A stretch of 64,000 bases of DNA from a virus, in the IMG/VR virus record IMGVR_UViG_3300032331_001766, positions 32,001 through 96,000 of that record. One strand, 5' to 3'. The notes under the pieces are model-generated. The model was not told the origin of the DNA, searched no databases, and saw only the letters and a program-made list of their open reading frames with translations. The translations under genes and the position numbers were made by a program. Every line of letters starts with the position of its first letter. Positions within the stretch are counted from its first letter, which is position 1. This document shows positions 48,110 through 57,549 of this stretch, in pieces.

Positions 48110-48919
48110 ATGTCTAACGATTTAAAATGGATGATATCATCTGATCAGCAGTTCCCATATCAAGACGACAAAGCAATTGAGCTTTGGTTCAAGGTTATGA
48201 AGTGGTTTAAGCCAGATGTGGTTGATTACGCTGGAGATACAGACGATCAGGCATGCTACAGTAAGTACACAGAGGGACGCTCTGCAGAATTTTTAAAATT
48301 GCACAAGGATGAGAATGGACAACAGATTGTTCCACTTATGCAGCACGAAGCAAAGCTTGCAAGAGATTTTTATGCAAAGACAAGAAAGATTGCTGGCAAA
48401 GACGCTCAGCTGTTTTCTGCTTTAGGAAATCACGACATCAGAGTATTTGATTATATTGATGCCAAGCTTCCAGATTATATTAATGCGGTAACGCCAGAAA
48501 CTTTATGGAGCCTAGACTCATTGGGCTACGAGTATATCTATTACAATGAACTACCTAAGCGCAGATTTGGAGACATGCATATTCATCATGGTGTTGCTAT
48601 TTCTCAAAATGCTGGAGAGTCTGTTAAGAAAGACATCGACAACTTCGGGGTTTCTTTAATTAGAGGACACTCGCACAGAGCTGGAGTTATGTATCAGACT
48701 TATGAACTTCGCAATAACGGTAAGGGTGAAATTCTTCGTGGCTATGAGCTTGGACATATGTGTGATGAGAAGAGTGATGGAATGAAATACTCAACTACAC
48801 ACAACTGGCAGAAGGCTTTTGCTATTGCTCATATTGTAAATGACTATCCACACATGCAGTTAATTCATATTAACCAAGATTACTCATGTGTTGTCGACGG
48901 GAAAACATTTACTTTATGA
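48110..48919 (+). CDS. Calcineurin-like metallophosphoesterase
   Basis: SDQQ, GDxxD, GNHD, HHG, GHSHR motifs. Confidence 0.85.
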   Translation: MSNDLKWMISSDQQFPYQDDKAIELWFKVMKWFKPDVVDYAGDTDDQACYSKYTEGRSAEFLKLHKDENGQQIVPLMQHEAKLARDFYAKTRKIAGKDAQLFSALGNHDIRVFDYIDAKLPDYINAVTPETLWSLDSLGYEYIYYNELPKRRFGDMHIHHGVAISQNAGESVKKDIDNFGVSLIRGHSHRAGVMYQTYELRNNGKGEILRGYELGHMCDEKSDGMKYSTTHNWQKAFAIAHIVNDYPHMQLIHINQDYSCVVDGKTFTL

Positions 48920-49104
48920 TGACCTGCGGTAGATGTAATGGTAGGGTTTTTATAGATAGAGTATTTTCTCAAAAACTACATATGGAATTGTTTTGCGTAA
49001 TGTGCGGAAAACGATGGATGATTAATAAAGAAACGAATGCGCTGGCAAAATGTCTAGATCAAAAGGAAAGTCTACACGCAAAAAGTTTCTCTATTTCTTC
49101 TTAA
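48916..49104 (+). CDS. Small zinc-ribbon protein
   Basis: CGRC...CVMCG. Confidence 0.7.
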   Translation: MMTCGRCNGRVFIDRVFSQKLHMELFCVMCGKRWMINKETNALAKCLDQKESLHAKSFSISS

Positions 49105-49532
49105 ATAAGAAGTTGCATAAGGTGCTTAGGGCATCTCGTGCAAAAGATGAGATTATTGCTTGGTGTTATCCAGATAAGAAAAGAGTTCTATATTCTTATT
49201 CTCAGGTTAATAAGCACATGGAAAATGCATACTCAATGGTGCAGGTTGGAAAGATCTTAAATAAACATAAGATTACAATTGAGGATTATATCTTAGACGG
49301 CAAAATTAAAGAGCCACAAAGATTATATCCAATAGGAAATCCAGAAAGCACATGGTCTAAGTATATGTTTAGTGAAGCAGATATATTTGATCTTCACCAA
49401 TTTATATTAGACTCAGGGTATGCCTCTGAGATGCCATCAAAAAATGAATTATCAGCTATTCTCAAAAACAATTTAATACTGTATACTAAGACCGAAGAGG
49501 GCAAGTTTGTCCCAGTATGGAAGGCGGAGTAA
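49050..49532 (+). CDS. Putative DNA-binding (MerR/excisionase-like HTH) protein
   Basis: YSMVQVGKILNKHKITIEDYILDGKIKEP. Confidence 0.55.
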   Translation: MSRSKGKSTRKKFLYFFLNKKLHKVLRASRAKDEIIAWCYPDKKRVLYSYSQVNKHMENAYSMVQVGKILNKHKITIEDYILDGKIKEPQRLYPIGNPESTWSKYMFSEADIFDLHQFILDSGYASEMPSKNELSAILKNNLILYTKTEEGKFVPVWKAE

Positions 49533-49738
49533 TGTCAGAGACCAAGGTAAAGGTGGACTTGTCGTTCACACGCAATTTAGGAAACTATGAAAGTATCAAG
49601 ATAGGTATTGGAGTAGAAGATACAATTCGTCAAGGCGAAAATGTAGATACCGCAACTGAAAGAGTATATAAGTTTGTTGAAGATAAGCTTATTGAAAAAA
49701 CTCGTGAGGTAGAGGAAGAGCTAAAGCGTGGCAAATGA
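49532..49738 (+). CDS. Hypothetical phage protein
   Basis: TRNLGNYESIKI motif; translational coupling. Confidence 0.7.
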   Translation: MSETKVKVDLSFTRNLGNYESIKIGIGVEDTIRQGENVDTATERVYKFVEDKLIEKTREVEEELKRGK

Positions 49739-50051
49739 GAAAGAGCCATATGTACTAATTGGGCTGTACGAAACTTTGTATAAAGAGAAGTATGGCAAGA
49801 AGCCTACCATGAATAAGTTTCGTGAAAAGTGGGCCATGAAGGATGTCATAGATAGCGTAGGCCTTGACCGAGCTAAAGAGATTTTGATATACTACTTTAC
49901 TCTTACTAAAGGCGGACACCCATTGCAGTTCTTTTTCTACAATTTTGATAGACTAAATACTGCAATTATGGAAGTTGAAAAGGATAAAGAAAGACGTCGT
50001 TTGTTGCTAGAAGAAACGAAAAATATGGTTCAAAGAGGCGGAATAGAATGA
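49728..50051 (+). CDS. Hypothetical protein (possible helicase loader)
   Basis: Directly upstream of and overlapping DnaB; function inferred from position only. Confidence 0.55.
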   Translation: MANEKEPYVLIGLYETLYKEKYGKKPTMNKFREKWAMKDVIDSVGLDRAKEILIYYFTLTKGGHPLQFFFYNFDRLNTAIMEVEKDKERRRLLLEETKNMVQRGGIE

Positions 50052-51295
50052 ACACAGAAGCAACACTAATCTCAGCAGTGTGTAAGAATAAAGACATAAG
50101 TACTCTACTTGCTGATAACGTAGATGATCTATTTACCTCTCACAAAGATATCTGGGAAGGCTTAAAGTCATATTACTATAAATTTAAAGCAGTGCCAGAA
50201 GCGGGAGTGCTACTTGAGAAGTTTAAAGATTTTGAGATTGATACTAATGTAAAAGCTGAAACTGGATATTATTTAGATAAGCTTAAGAATGAATATCTTT
50301 CTAATAGACTTAAGAATATTATTATTAAAAGCGGTTCAATGCTTAAAGAAGATGCCGCATCAAGAGTTTTATCAGAAATGCAAGCACAGCTAGCTTCTCT
50401 TAGTAAGTTTACAAGTAATGTTCGTGATTTAGATATTACAGATGCAGACAATGCCATTAAACATTTTGAAGCAACAAAGGTTCGTTCTGTTGAAATGGGC
50501 GGATCTCCTGGAATTAAAACTGGGTTTGAAGCAATTGATTTAGCATATCCAACAGGAATGGCTCCAGGACATTTAATTGTTGCTATTGGTTGGCCAGGCC
50601 GTGGTAAGACATGGTTTACATCCTATCTTGCATGCAAAGCATGGGAGCAAGGATTTAAGCCTATGATCGTATCACTTGAAATGTCGCCAGAAAATATGCG
50701 TGACCGTATCTATACTATGTTGGGTTCTGGTTTATTTAAAGCTAGCGAATTAGCAACTGGAGATATTAATATTGATGATTTTAGATCATGGTCTAATAAG
50801 AAGTTTGAAAACAAAAATGGCTTTGTCCTTGTATCAAATGAGGGAATGGCAGAAGTTACACCAGCAACTATTCAAGGAAAGATTGACCAGCATAAGCCAG
50901 ATCTAGTTATTCTTGATTATCATCAGCTATTTTCAGATAACAAAAAGAGCATGGGTGCTACAGAGCGTAACATGAATATCTCTCGTGAGTTCAAGATGCT
51001 TGCTATGACAAACAATATTCCAGTTATTGATATTACTGCAGCAACCATGGATGACGTTTCAGATCAAGACAACCCTCCGATGCTTTCTCAGGTGGCATGG
51101 TCTAAGGCCATTGAGTATGATGCTGATATGGCTATCGCTATTCATAAGTACACTGGCACTCAAATGATTGAAGTTGTTTCAAGAAAGAATAGACATGGAC
51201 AAGAGTTTGGGATGTATCTAGACTGGGATATCAATCGTGGTATCGTCAAAGAGATTTATGAAAATCCTTTTGCGAATGACGCACAAAAGAATTAA
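50048..51295 (+). CDS. dnaB: DnaB-like replicative helicase
   Basis: Walker A GWPGRGKT, SLEMS, LVILDYHQL, IEYDAD, KNRHG. Confidence 0.93.
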   Translation: MNTEATLISAVCKNKDISTLLADNVDDLFTSHKDIWEGLKSYYYKFKAVPEAGVLLEKFKDFEIDTNVKAETGYYLDKLKNEYLSNRLKNIIIKSGSMLKEDAASRVLSEMQAQLASLSKFTSNVRDLDITDADNAIKHFEATKVRSVEMGGSPGIKTGFEAIDLAYPTGMAPGHLIVAIGWPGRGKTWFTSYLACKAWEQGFKPMIVSLEMSPENMRDRIYTMLGSGLFKASELATGDINIDDFRSWSNKKFENKNGFVLVSNEGMAEVTPATIQGKIDQHKPDLVILDYHQLFSDNKKSMGATERNMNISREFKMLAMTNNIPVIDITAATMDDVSDQDNPPMLSQVAWSKAIEYDADMAIAIHKYTGTQMIEVVSRKNRHGQEFGMYLDWDINRGIVKEIYENPFANDAQKN

Positions 51296-51578
51296 AAGAT
51301 TTCAAATCGATGTTGAGTTTGGGGATAACGCACAGTTAATAAGCTTAAGGCCTCAGTATGAAAATTTATTAATACATGATATGAGGTCTAAGGGATACGT
51401 CAGGGTACTTGACATAGACCCAGCTTTTTCGGTAGAATTCACAGGTGAAACATGGAAGTTCTTAATGACTCTCCATGGCGTATACGTAGGAAAGAAGAAG
51501 GCATGGCAATCAGAGGGCATAATACAAAGCAGGTTGATACCACGCAATATTCCCCAGCGCACATTAAGTCAATATTAA
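51276..51578 (+). CDS. Hypothetical protein
   Basis: ORF bridging helicase and primase; likely start MTHKRIKRF. Confidence 0.6.
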   Translation: MTHKRIKRFQIDVEFGDNAQLISLRPQYENLLIHDMRSKGYVRVLDIDPAFSVEFTGETWKFLMTLHGVYVGKKKAWQSEGIIQSRLIPRNIPQRTLSQY

Positions 51579-52501
51579 AATCAATTGGCTTGGAGATAGT
51601 TGGAGAAACAAACAACGATTTCCTATGCTACTGTCCATTTCATTCTAATAGACACACCTCCAGCTTTAGCGTAAGCCGTGAAAAAGGAGCATTCATTTGC
51701 TTTAACCCCTCATGCGGAGAAGCTGGAACCCTACTTGAATTAGTAAAGCGCACAATGCACAAGAATGATTTTGAGTCTATGAGATTTATATCATCAAAAG
51801 AAACGGAAGCCCTAGAGAATTTTGATGAACTACTTAATGATGCTATAGCCGACACACCCACCTTTCAAGAATTTCCACATGAGACTTTAGTTAAATTAAA
51901 TGATGATCTAGTTACCGAATGGAAAGCTCAGAAGTATTTTGAGTCTAGAGGAATCAATATGGATTCAGGTAAACATTTTAATTTAGGATATTCAAAAAAT
52001 ATGGATATGGTAACGGTTCCAGTTCATAGTCCAGACGGAATGCCAATTGGTATTGTTGGAAGATCTATTGAAGGAAAGTCATTTAAAAATAGTACCAATC
52101 TTCCAAAGAGCAAGACATTATTTAATGTTCACAGAGCAAAGAAAATTGGAGACCATGTAATTGTTGTAGAGTCCAGCTTTGATGCAATTAGAATTCATCA
52201 GGCTGGCTTTCCAAATGTTGTTGCAACCCTAGGAGGGTTTTTGTCAACAGAGCAACATCATTTACTTAATAGATACTTTAATAGAATAACTATAATGACA
52301 GACTCAGATTTAGCTGGCAGAGAGTTGGGCTTGAGCATAGCTAATAAATTAAGAATGAAAGACATCTTGTGGTCCTCTTACTCTTATGGTAAGATATACC
52401 CACATGATGCAAAAGATGCAGGGGATATGACTGATGAAGAAATTAAAACCTGTATTAAAAATGCTGTATCCGATATAGAATACAGATCTTGGAATCAATG
52501 A
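51503..52501 (+). CDS. dnaG: DNA primase (CHC2 zinc finger + TOPRIM)
   Basis: CPFH...CFNPSC; VVESSFDA; TDSDLAG; KDAGD. Confidence 0.9.
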   Translation: MAIRGHNTKQVDTTQYSPAHIKSILKSIGLEIVGETNNDFLCYCPFHSNRHTSSFSVSREKGAFICFNPSCGEAGTLLELVKRTMHKNDFESMRFISSKETEALENFDELLNDAIADTPTFQEFPHETLVKLNDDLVTEWKAQKYFESRGINMDSGKHFNLGYSKNMDMVTVPVHSPDGMPIGIVGRSIEGKSFKNSTNLPKSKTLFNVHRAKKIGDHVIVVESSFDAIRIHQAGFPNVVATLGGFLSTEQHHLLNRYFNRITIMTDSDLAGRELGLSIANKLRMKDILWSSYSYGKIYPHDAKDAGDMTDEEIKTCIKNAVSDIEYRSWNQ

Positions 52502-52507
52502 TATAAT
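52499..52507 (+). promoter_or_regulatory. Extended -10 promoter for the SSB gene
   Basis: TGATATAAT; SD AAGGAG before 52556. Confidence 0.6.
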
Positions 52508-52555
52508 AGTAATACAGATGGATATATACCATCAACTATATAACAAGGAGAAAAA

Positions 52556-53233
52556 ATGGGAATCGTAAAAGGTTTAAAAGATTTAAATAAAGTAATGGAT
52601 AAGCCACAGTCTTCAGGTGGTTCAGATGGAGTTAAGGCACGTTGGGCCAAACTAGAGGATGCAGAGAGCGTTAAGATTCGTTTTCTCCAAGAACTAGATC
52701 CAGACTCACCAACATATGATGAAAAATTAGGTCTGGGATTTATTGCCGTTGAGCACACAAACCCGAAAGATTACCGTCGCAAGGCGCTATGTTCTATGGA
52801 AGACCAAGGTAAGTGCTACGGTTGCGAACAGCATCGCAAAGATTATAAAGCTGGTTGGAAGGGTCGCTCACGTCTATACATTAATGTTTTAATTGATGAT
52901 GGAAAAGAAGACCCATATGTTGCAATTCTTTCACAGGGATCAAGCGGAAAGACAATTACTCCTACATTAATTGAATACGCTGGTGAAATGGGTTCAATTA
53001 CAAACCTTATGTGGCGCATTAAACGCTCAGGTACTAAGACAGACACAAGTTATACAATTATTCCATTGGCAAAAGATGAGTCTAAGTTTGACACATCTTC
53101 TTTGGAATTGTATGATTTAGAAACAACAGCAGTTAGAGACATGCCATACACAGAGCAAGATGCATTTTTTGCTGGTGAAGGCGGAAACAATAGCGAAGAT
53201 TCATCTTCAACAGATTCAAATCTAGCCTGGTAG
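52556..53233 (+). CDS. T4 gp32-like single-stranded DNA-binding protein
   Basis: KIRFL, H...C...C..C zinc ligands, KRSG..TDTSY, acidic C-terminal tail. Confidence 0.8.
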   Translation: MGIVKGLKDLNKVMDKPQSSGGSDGVKARWAKLEDAESVKIRFLQELDPDSPTYDEKLGLGFIAVEHTNPKDYRRKALCSMEDQGKCYGCEQHRKDYKAGWKGRSRLYINVLIDDGKEDPYVAILSQGSSGKTITPTLIEYAGEMGSITNLMWRIKRSGTKTDTSYTIIPLAKDESKFDTSSLELYDLETTAVRDMPYTEQDAFFAGEGGNNSEDSSSTDSNLAW

Positions 53234-53239
53234 TTTGTT

Positions 53240-53261
53240 GGGGAGCAGGCAACTGCTCCCC
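53240..53261 (+). other. GC-rich hairpin with GCAA tetraloop just upstream of the tRNA
   Basis: GGGGAGCAG-GCAA-CTGCTCCCC; no U-tract. Confidence 0.7.
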
Positions 53262-53265
53262 ATAT

Positions 53266-53338
53266 GCCAGAGTAGCCCAGCGGTAGAGGCGGTAGACTTA
53301 AAATCTATACAGCGTGGGTTCGAATCCCACCTTTGGTA
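53266..53338 (+). tRNA. tRNA-Leu (anticodon UAA), short variable loop, CCA not encoded
   Basis: Acceptor GCCAGAG/CTTTGGT + A73; anticodon arm GTAGA-CTTAAAA-TCTAT; T arm GTGGG-TTCGAAT-CCCAC. Confidence 0.9.
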
Positions 53339-53358
53339 CACAATAGAAAACGGCGGAC

Positions 53359-53565
53359 ATGATTAGTTTAGAAATACCAGATCCATTTGAAACCTTTGTT
53401 TCAAATAAATACAAAAACTTTAAAGGCATGCTTTATGACTTCTTTGGACAAGAATGGCATATGAATTGCGGTTGTTGTAATGAAGATTTATACGCACCAA
53501 CAAAAAAGATTATGACAAAGATTAGACTTTATCATACTAGAAATGAATGTACAGGCGGATACTAA
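53359..53565 (+). CDS. Small Cys/His-rich hypothetical protein
   Basis: CGCC...H...C. Confidence 0.65.
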   Translation: MISLEIPDPFETFVSNKYKNFKGMLYDFFGQEWHMNCGCCNEDLYAPTKKIMTKIRLYHTRNECTGGY

Positions 53566-53708
53566 TGAGCGAGATATGCAATAAATACGGTTGCAGTTTT
53601 GAGCTGGACCTTGACGGTCAAGTCACATGTTCATCTTGTGGAGCAATGGATGATGACAAACAAACAATTTCTTTAGAACATTTTGAAAATCAGGTGGACT
53701 TTGAGTAA
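53565..53708 (+). CDS. Small zinc-ribbon protein (not in ORF track)
   Basis: MSEICNKYGC...TCSSCGAMDDD...; 47 aa; TAATG coupling. Confidence 0.6.
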   Translation: MSEICNKYGCSFELDLDGQVTCSSCGAMDDDKQTISLEHFENQVDFE

Positions 53709-56700
53709 TCAGTTTACACACCTTCACGTTCATTCATACTATTCATTAATGGATGGACTAAATTCACCTAAAGAATTATGTCAAGCTGCATTAGATGCAG
53801 GGCAGACAGTAATTGCAATTACAGACCATGGAACATTGTCTTCACATCGTGAAATGCAGATTGCTGCAAAAGAATTAGGTATCAAGCCAATACTTGGAGT
53901 AGAAGCGTACATATCTCCTACAGATAGATTTGATCGCTCTTCTAAAACAGATAAATCAATTCAAGCCTACAACCACATAATATTGTTGGCTAAAAATAAA
54001 AAGGGATTAGAGAATATTAACAAGCTCCAAGAGCTTGCATGGAATGAAGGCTTTTATCATAAGCCACGTATCGATAGAGAGGTTTTAAATGAATACAAAG
54101 AGGGCATTATTGTTCTTTCTGGATGTCTTAATGGGCTTATTTCGAAGTGCATTGAAAAAGGTGAGTTCAAAGAAGCAAAGCTTATCCTACAAGATTTTAA
54201 GAAAAATTTTGCTGAGGATTTCTATATTGAAGTGCAGTCTCACAATCCCCAAGAAATAAATTCAAAGCTTCTTGAATTAGCGGATGAGCTTAAGATTAAA
54301 GCGGTGGCAACTGGAGATGCTCACTTTGCTAAAGAAGAAGATAGAATTCTAGAAGAGGCCATGCTTATCTTGTCTACATCCCCAAAGTTAGATAAGGATT
54401 CAGACTTTGATATGTCTAGAAATATAAAAGACATGCTAGATAGATTTAATTACTTATATCCTGACCGTAGAATATCATTCCAGGATATGAATTTATTTAT
54501 CCAGAGCCGCTCAGAAATTGAGGCTGATTTTAATAAGGCTGGAATTGCTCGTACAGATATTTATGAAAATACAATGGAAATTTCTAATAAGGTTGGAGAC
54601 TATGACTTCTATCAAGGCCTAGACCTCCTACCAGTCCCAAAGACCGATGCTGATGATAAGCTTAGAGAGATGACTCTAAAGGGCTTAGAGAGGCTTCAGA
54701 AGGCTTCTGATGAGGTTTATCTGGCACGTGTAGAAGAAGAGCTATCGGTAATTGCCTCTAAAAACTTTGCCTCTTACTTTCTAGTTGTTGGAGATATGAT
54801 TAATTGGGCAAAAGAAACTGGCATCCGTGTAGGTCCAGGACGTGGTTCTGCAGCAGGTTCCCTAGTCTGCTACGCCCTTGGAATCACAGACGTGGATCCA
54901 ATTAAATATAACTTATTGTTCTTTAGATTTATTAACCCAGAACGTAATGACTTTCCAGATATTGATACAGACTTTGAAGACCGTCGTCGTAAGGAAGTTA
55001 AAGAATATTTAAAGAAGAAATTTAAACACGTAGCATCTATTTCAACGTATACTTATTTTAAAGATAAGGGTGTAATTCGTGATGCTGCTCGTGTATTTAT
55101 GGTTCCACTTCAAGAAGTTAATCGTGCAACAAAACAAATTGATACCTTTGAAGATTTTTTAAGTTCACCAAATACAAAAGAATTTAGAACTAAGTACCCA
55201 GAAGTTGTTTGGCTTGCAGATAGATTACGTGGTCGAATTCGTTCAGTAGGAGTACACGCAGCAGGTGTTGTTGTAGCTAAAAATGATCTTAGAAACTATG
55301 CTCCAGTAGAGTCTCGTGAAGATGCACAAGATAAAGTTTCTGGAAGAATCCCAGTTGTTGCTTATGATATGGATACTGTCGCCGACATTGGATTGATTAA
55401 GCTTGATGCTTTGGGTCTAAAGACTCTTTCTGTTATATCAGACACATTAGAGTCAATTAAAAAAAGAAAAAATAAAGATATTAATTTATCAGAATTAAAA
55501 ATGGATGACCCAAAAGTTTATCAGATGCTAAGTGAGGGATATACAAAGGGTGTGTTTCAGGCAGAAGCAACTCCATATACAAACCTTTTAATGAAAATGG
55601 GTGTAGACAAGTTTGAGGACCTTGTTGCTTCTAATGCACTAGTTAGGCCAGGTGCAATGAATACTGTAGGAGCTGCTTATATAAATAGAAAGCATGGAAG
55701 AGAAGCAGTTGACTATAGTCATGTTCTTATGAAAGATTTTACAGAAAACACATATGGTGTTATCATTTATCAAGAGCAAGTTATGCAGGCATGCGTACAC
55801 TTGGGAGGAATGTCTTGGGCAGAGGCTGATAAGGTCCGCAAGATTATTGGAAAGAAAAAAGATGCAAAAGAGTTTGACCAATTCAAAGATCAGTTTGTTG
55901 CTGGGGCTTCAAAACACATTACTCAGAAAAAAGCAGAGGCGCTTTGGCACGACTTTGAAGCGCATGCTGGTTATTCTTTCAACCGCTCCCATGCTGTTGC
56001 TTACTCTATGCTTAGTTATTATACTGCTTGGCTTAAGTCCTATTATCCTCTTGAGTTCATGTTTTCAATTCTTAAAAACGAAAATGATAAAGATGCGAGA
56101 ACAGAATATTTAATTGAAGCTAAAAGACTTGGACTTAAAATTATGCTTCCGCATATTAATGAGTCTGAAATTTATTTCTCATTGCAGGATGAAGGTATTC
56201 GTTTTGGCTTAGCCGAAGTTAAATTTATTTCTGATAGTATTGCAAATAAAATTATGGACTTAAGGCCATTTAAAGACTATTCTGATTTTATTGATAAGGC
56301 TTCTAAAAAGGGAAGCGGTGTTAACAGTCGTGCAATTGCAGCGCTTAATGCTATTGGTGGCGCAGCATTTCCTGATAACCCAAGATCTGGTTTAGAAAAA
56401 GATAGTTACTACGAATATCTTGGCATACCTACTTTTAATTTGGCTGGCATTCCTCCAAGAATTAAAGCACAAGCTAGACCAATCGAAGAGTTTGATGACC
56501 TCGGTTCTTTTGTTATGTTTGGTATGGTAAAAAGTATTAAGCGAGGAACTGGCTGGGCGAGAGTAGAGCTAGTAGATGAAACTGGAACTATTGGTCTGTT
56601 TCACAATGAAGACACTCAAATTGAAACTAATCAGATGTACTTCATTCTTGTAGGTGACAATAGAATTGCCAGATACATTAAGGTAAATGAAATTGATCCA

Positions 56701-56976
56701 AATGGCTCTGATCTTTTTGTAGACTACTTATATAGAAAAGAATATGATTTAGAGGAAGATGAATATATGGTTGTTAATTTTAATCCATATAAAACAAAGG
56801 CTGGCAAGATGATGAGCCATATTGTACTAAGTAATAAAGAAAAAGAGCTTACAAGAGCAATTGTTTTTCCAACTATGTACAAAATGTCTTTAGCTAAAAT
56901 GCGTGAAGGCATGAAGTGCAAAGTTGTTCTTTCAAAATTAGATGATGGAACATTAAATATTAAGGAGATATTATGA
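53701..56976 (+). CDS. dnaE: DNA polymerase III alpha subunit (family C)
   Basis: PHP HLHVHSYYSLMDG, TDHG; GRGSAAGS; PDIDTD; HAAGVV; YSFNRSH. No intein. Start placed at TTG 53701 (ORF track 53683). Confidence 0.95.
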   Translation: MSNQFTHLHVHSYYSLMDGLNSPKELCQAALDAGQTVIAITDHGTLSSHREMQIAAKELGIKPILGVEAYISPTDRFDRSSKTDKSIQAYNHIILLAKNKKGLENINKLQELAWNEGFYHKPRIDREVLNEYKEGIIVLSGCLNGLISKCIEKGEFKEAKLILQDFKKNFAEDFYIEVQSHNPQEINSKLLELADELKIKAVATGDAHFAKEEDRILEEAMLILSTSPKLDKDSDFDMSRNIKDMLDRFNYLYPDRRISFQDMNLFIQSRSEIEADFNKAGIARTDIYENTMEISNKVGDYDFYQGLDLLPVPKTDADDKLREMTLKGLERLQKASDEVYLARVEEELSVIASKNFASYFLVVGDMINWAKETGIRVGPGRGSAAGSLVCYALGITDVDPIKYNLLFFRFINPERNDFPDIDTDFEDRRRKEVKEYLKKKFKHVASISTYTYFKDKGVIRDAARVFMVPLQEVNRATKQIDTFEDFLSSPNTKEFRTKYPEVVWLADRLRGRIRSVGVHAAGVVVAKNDLRNYAPVESREDAQDKVSGRIPVVAYDMDTVADIGLIKLDALGLKTLSVISDTLESIKKRKNKDINLSELKMDDPKVYQMLSEGYTKGVFQAEATPYTNLLMKMGVDKFEDLVASNALVRPGAMNTVGAAYINRKHGREAVDYSHVLMKDFTENTYGVIIYQEQVMQACVHLGGMSWAEADKVRKIIGKKKDAKEFDQFKDQFVAGASKHITQKKAEALWHDFEAHAGYSFNRSHAVAYSMLSYYTAWLKSYYPLEFMFSILKNENDKDARTEYLIEAKRLGLKIMLPHINESEIYFSLQDEGIRFGLAEVKFISDSIANKIMDLRPFKDYSDFIDKASKKGSGVNSRAIAALNAIGGAAFPDNPRSGLEKDSYYEYLGIPTFNLAGIPPRIKAQARPIEEFDDLGSFVMFGMVKSIKRGTGWARVELVDETGTIGLFHNEDTQIETNQMYFILVGDNRIARYIKVNEIDPNGSDLFVDYLYRKEYDLEEDEYMVVNFNPYKTKAGKMMSHIVLSNKEKELTRAIVFPTMYKMSLAKMREGMKCKVVLSKLDDGTLNIKEIL

Positions 56977-57179
56977 GCGTAACAATTGAAGAAATAATGC
57001 CGACATTGACGGCGACAAAAGTTTTAGTTTCTATTTTAGAAACACTGGAGAAAGCGGAAGTACCTCTTTCTACATTTGTAAGCATGCAGTCAGAAGACCG
57101 TGAGCTTGAAGTAAATTATAATGGAGAAAAAGATTTGATTGTCTTTTCTTTAAAAAAGGCAGATGAAGTTAATGAATAA
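56973..57179 (+). CDS. Hypothetical protein
   Basis: 68 aa, SD AAGGAG, overlaps the dnaE stop. Confidence 0.7.
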   Translation: MSVTIEEIMPTLTATKVLVSILETLEKAEVPLSTFVSMQSEDRELEVNYNGEKDLIVFSLKKADEVNE

Positions 57180-57519
57180 TAATGAATTAGTTACAGATTA
57201 TGGTTTAGATGCTCTAGCAGCATTATTGCATGAGACTGCAATTGAAAAAGGTTTCTGGGAAGGTGAATATTCCTATGATAAGCTAGGAAATAAACTTGCC
57301 TTAGTGCATTCAGAAGTTACTGAAGTTCTAGAAGCAATTCGCAAAAACAAAGGCTCAGAAGAAGTTGTAGAGGAAATGGCCGATGTAATTATTAGGCTGT
57401 TAGATATTTATGCAGCAATGATGAATGAAGGGTCTGTAACACACAGCCTAGATGAAATTTTAGAAAAGAAAATTAATATAAATAGTAATAGGCCAAGGCT
57501 TCACGGCAATTTATTTTAA
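57163..57519 (+). CDS. MazG-like NTP pyrophosphohydrolase
   Basis: LVHSEVTEVLEA...EEMADVIIR all-alpha NTP-PPase motif; start may be 57172. Confidence 0.85.
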   Translation: MKLMNNNELVTDYGLDALAALLHETAIEKGFWEGEYSYDKLGNKLALVHSEVTEVLEAIRKNKGSEEVVEEMADVIIRLLDIYAAMMNEGSVTHSLDEILEKKININSNRPRLHGNLF

Positions 57520-57528
57520 TGCTATACT
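57520..57528 (+). promoter_or_regulatory. Extended -10 promoter for recA
   Basis: TGCTATACT. Confidence 0.55.
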
Positions 57529-57549
57529 ATAACAAAAGAGAGAGATTAC

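Noticed and set aside
53701-56976. Intein or split in DnaE (or in DnaB/RecA)
   Set aside because: Lengths and motif spacing are continuous; no Hint motifs found.
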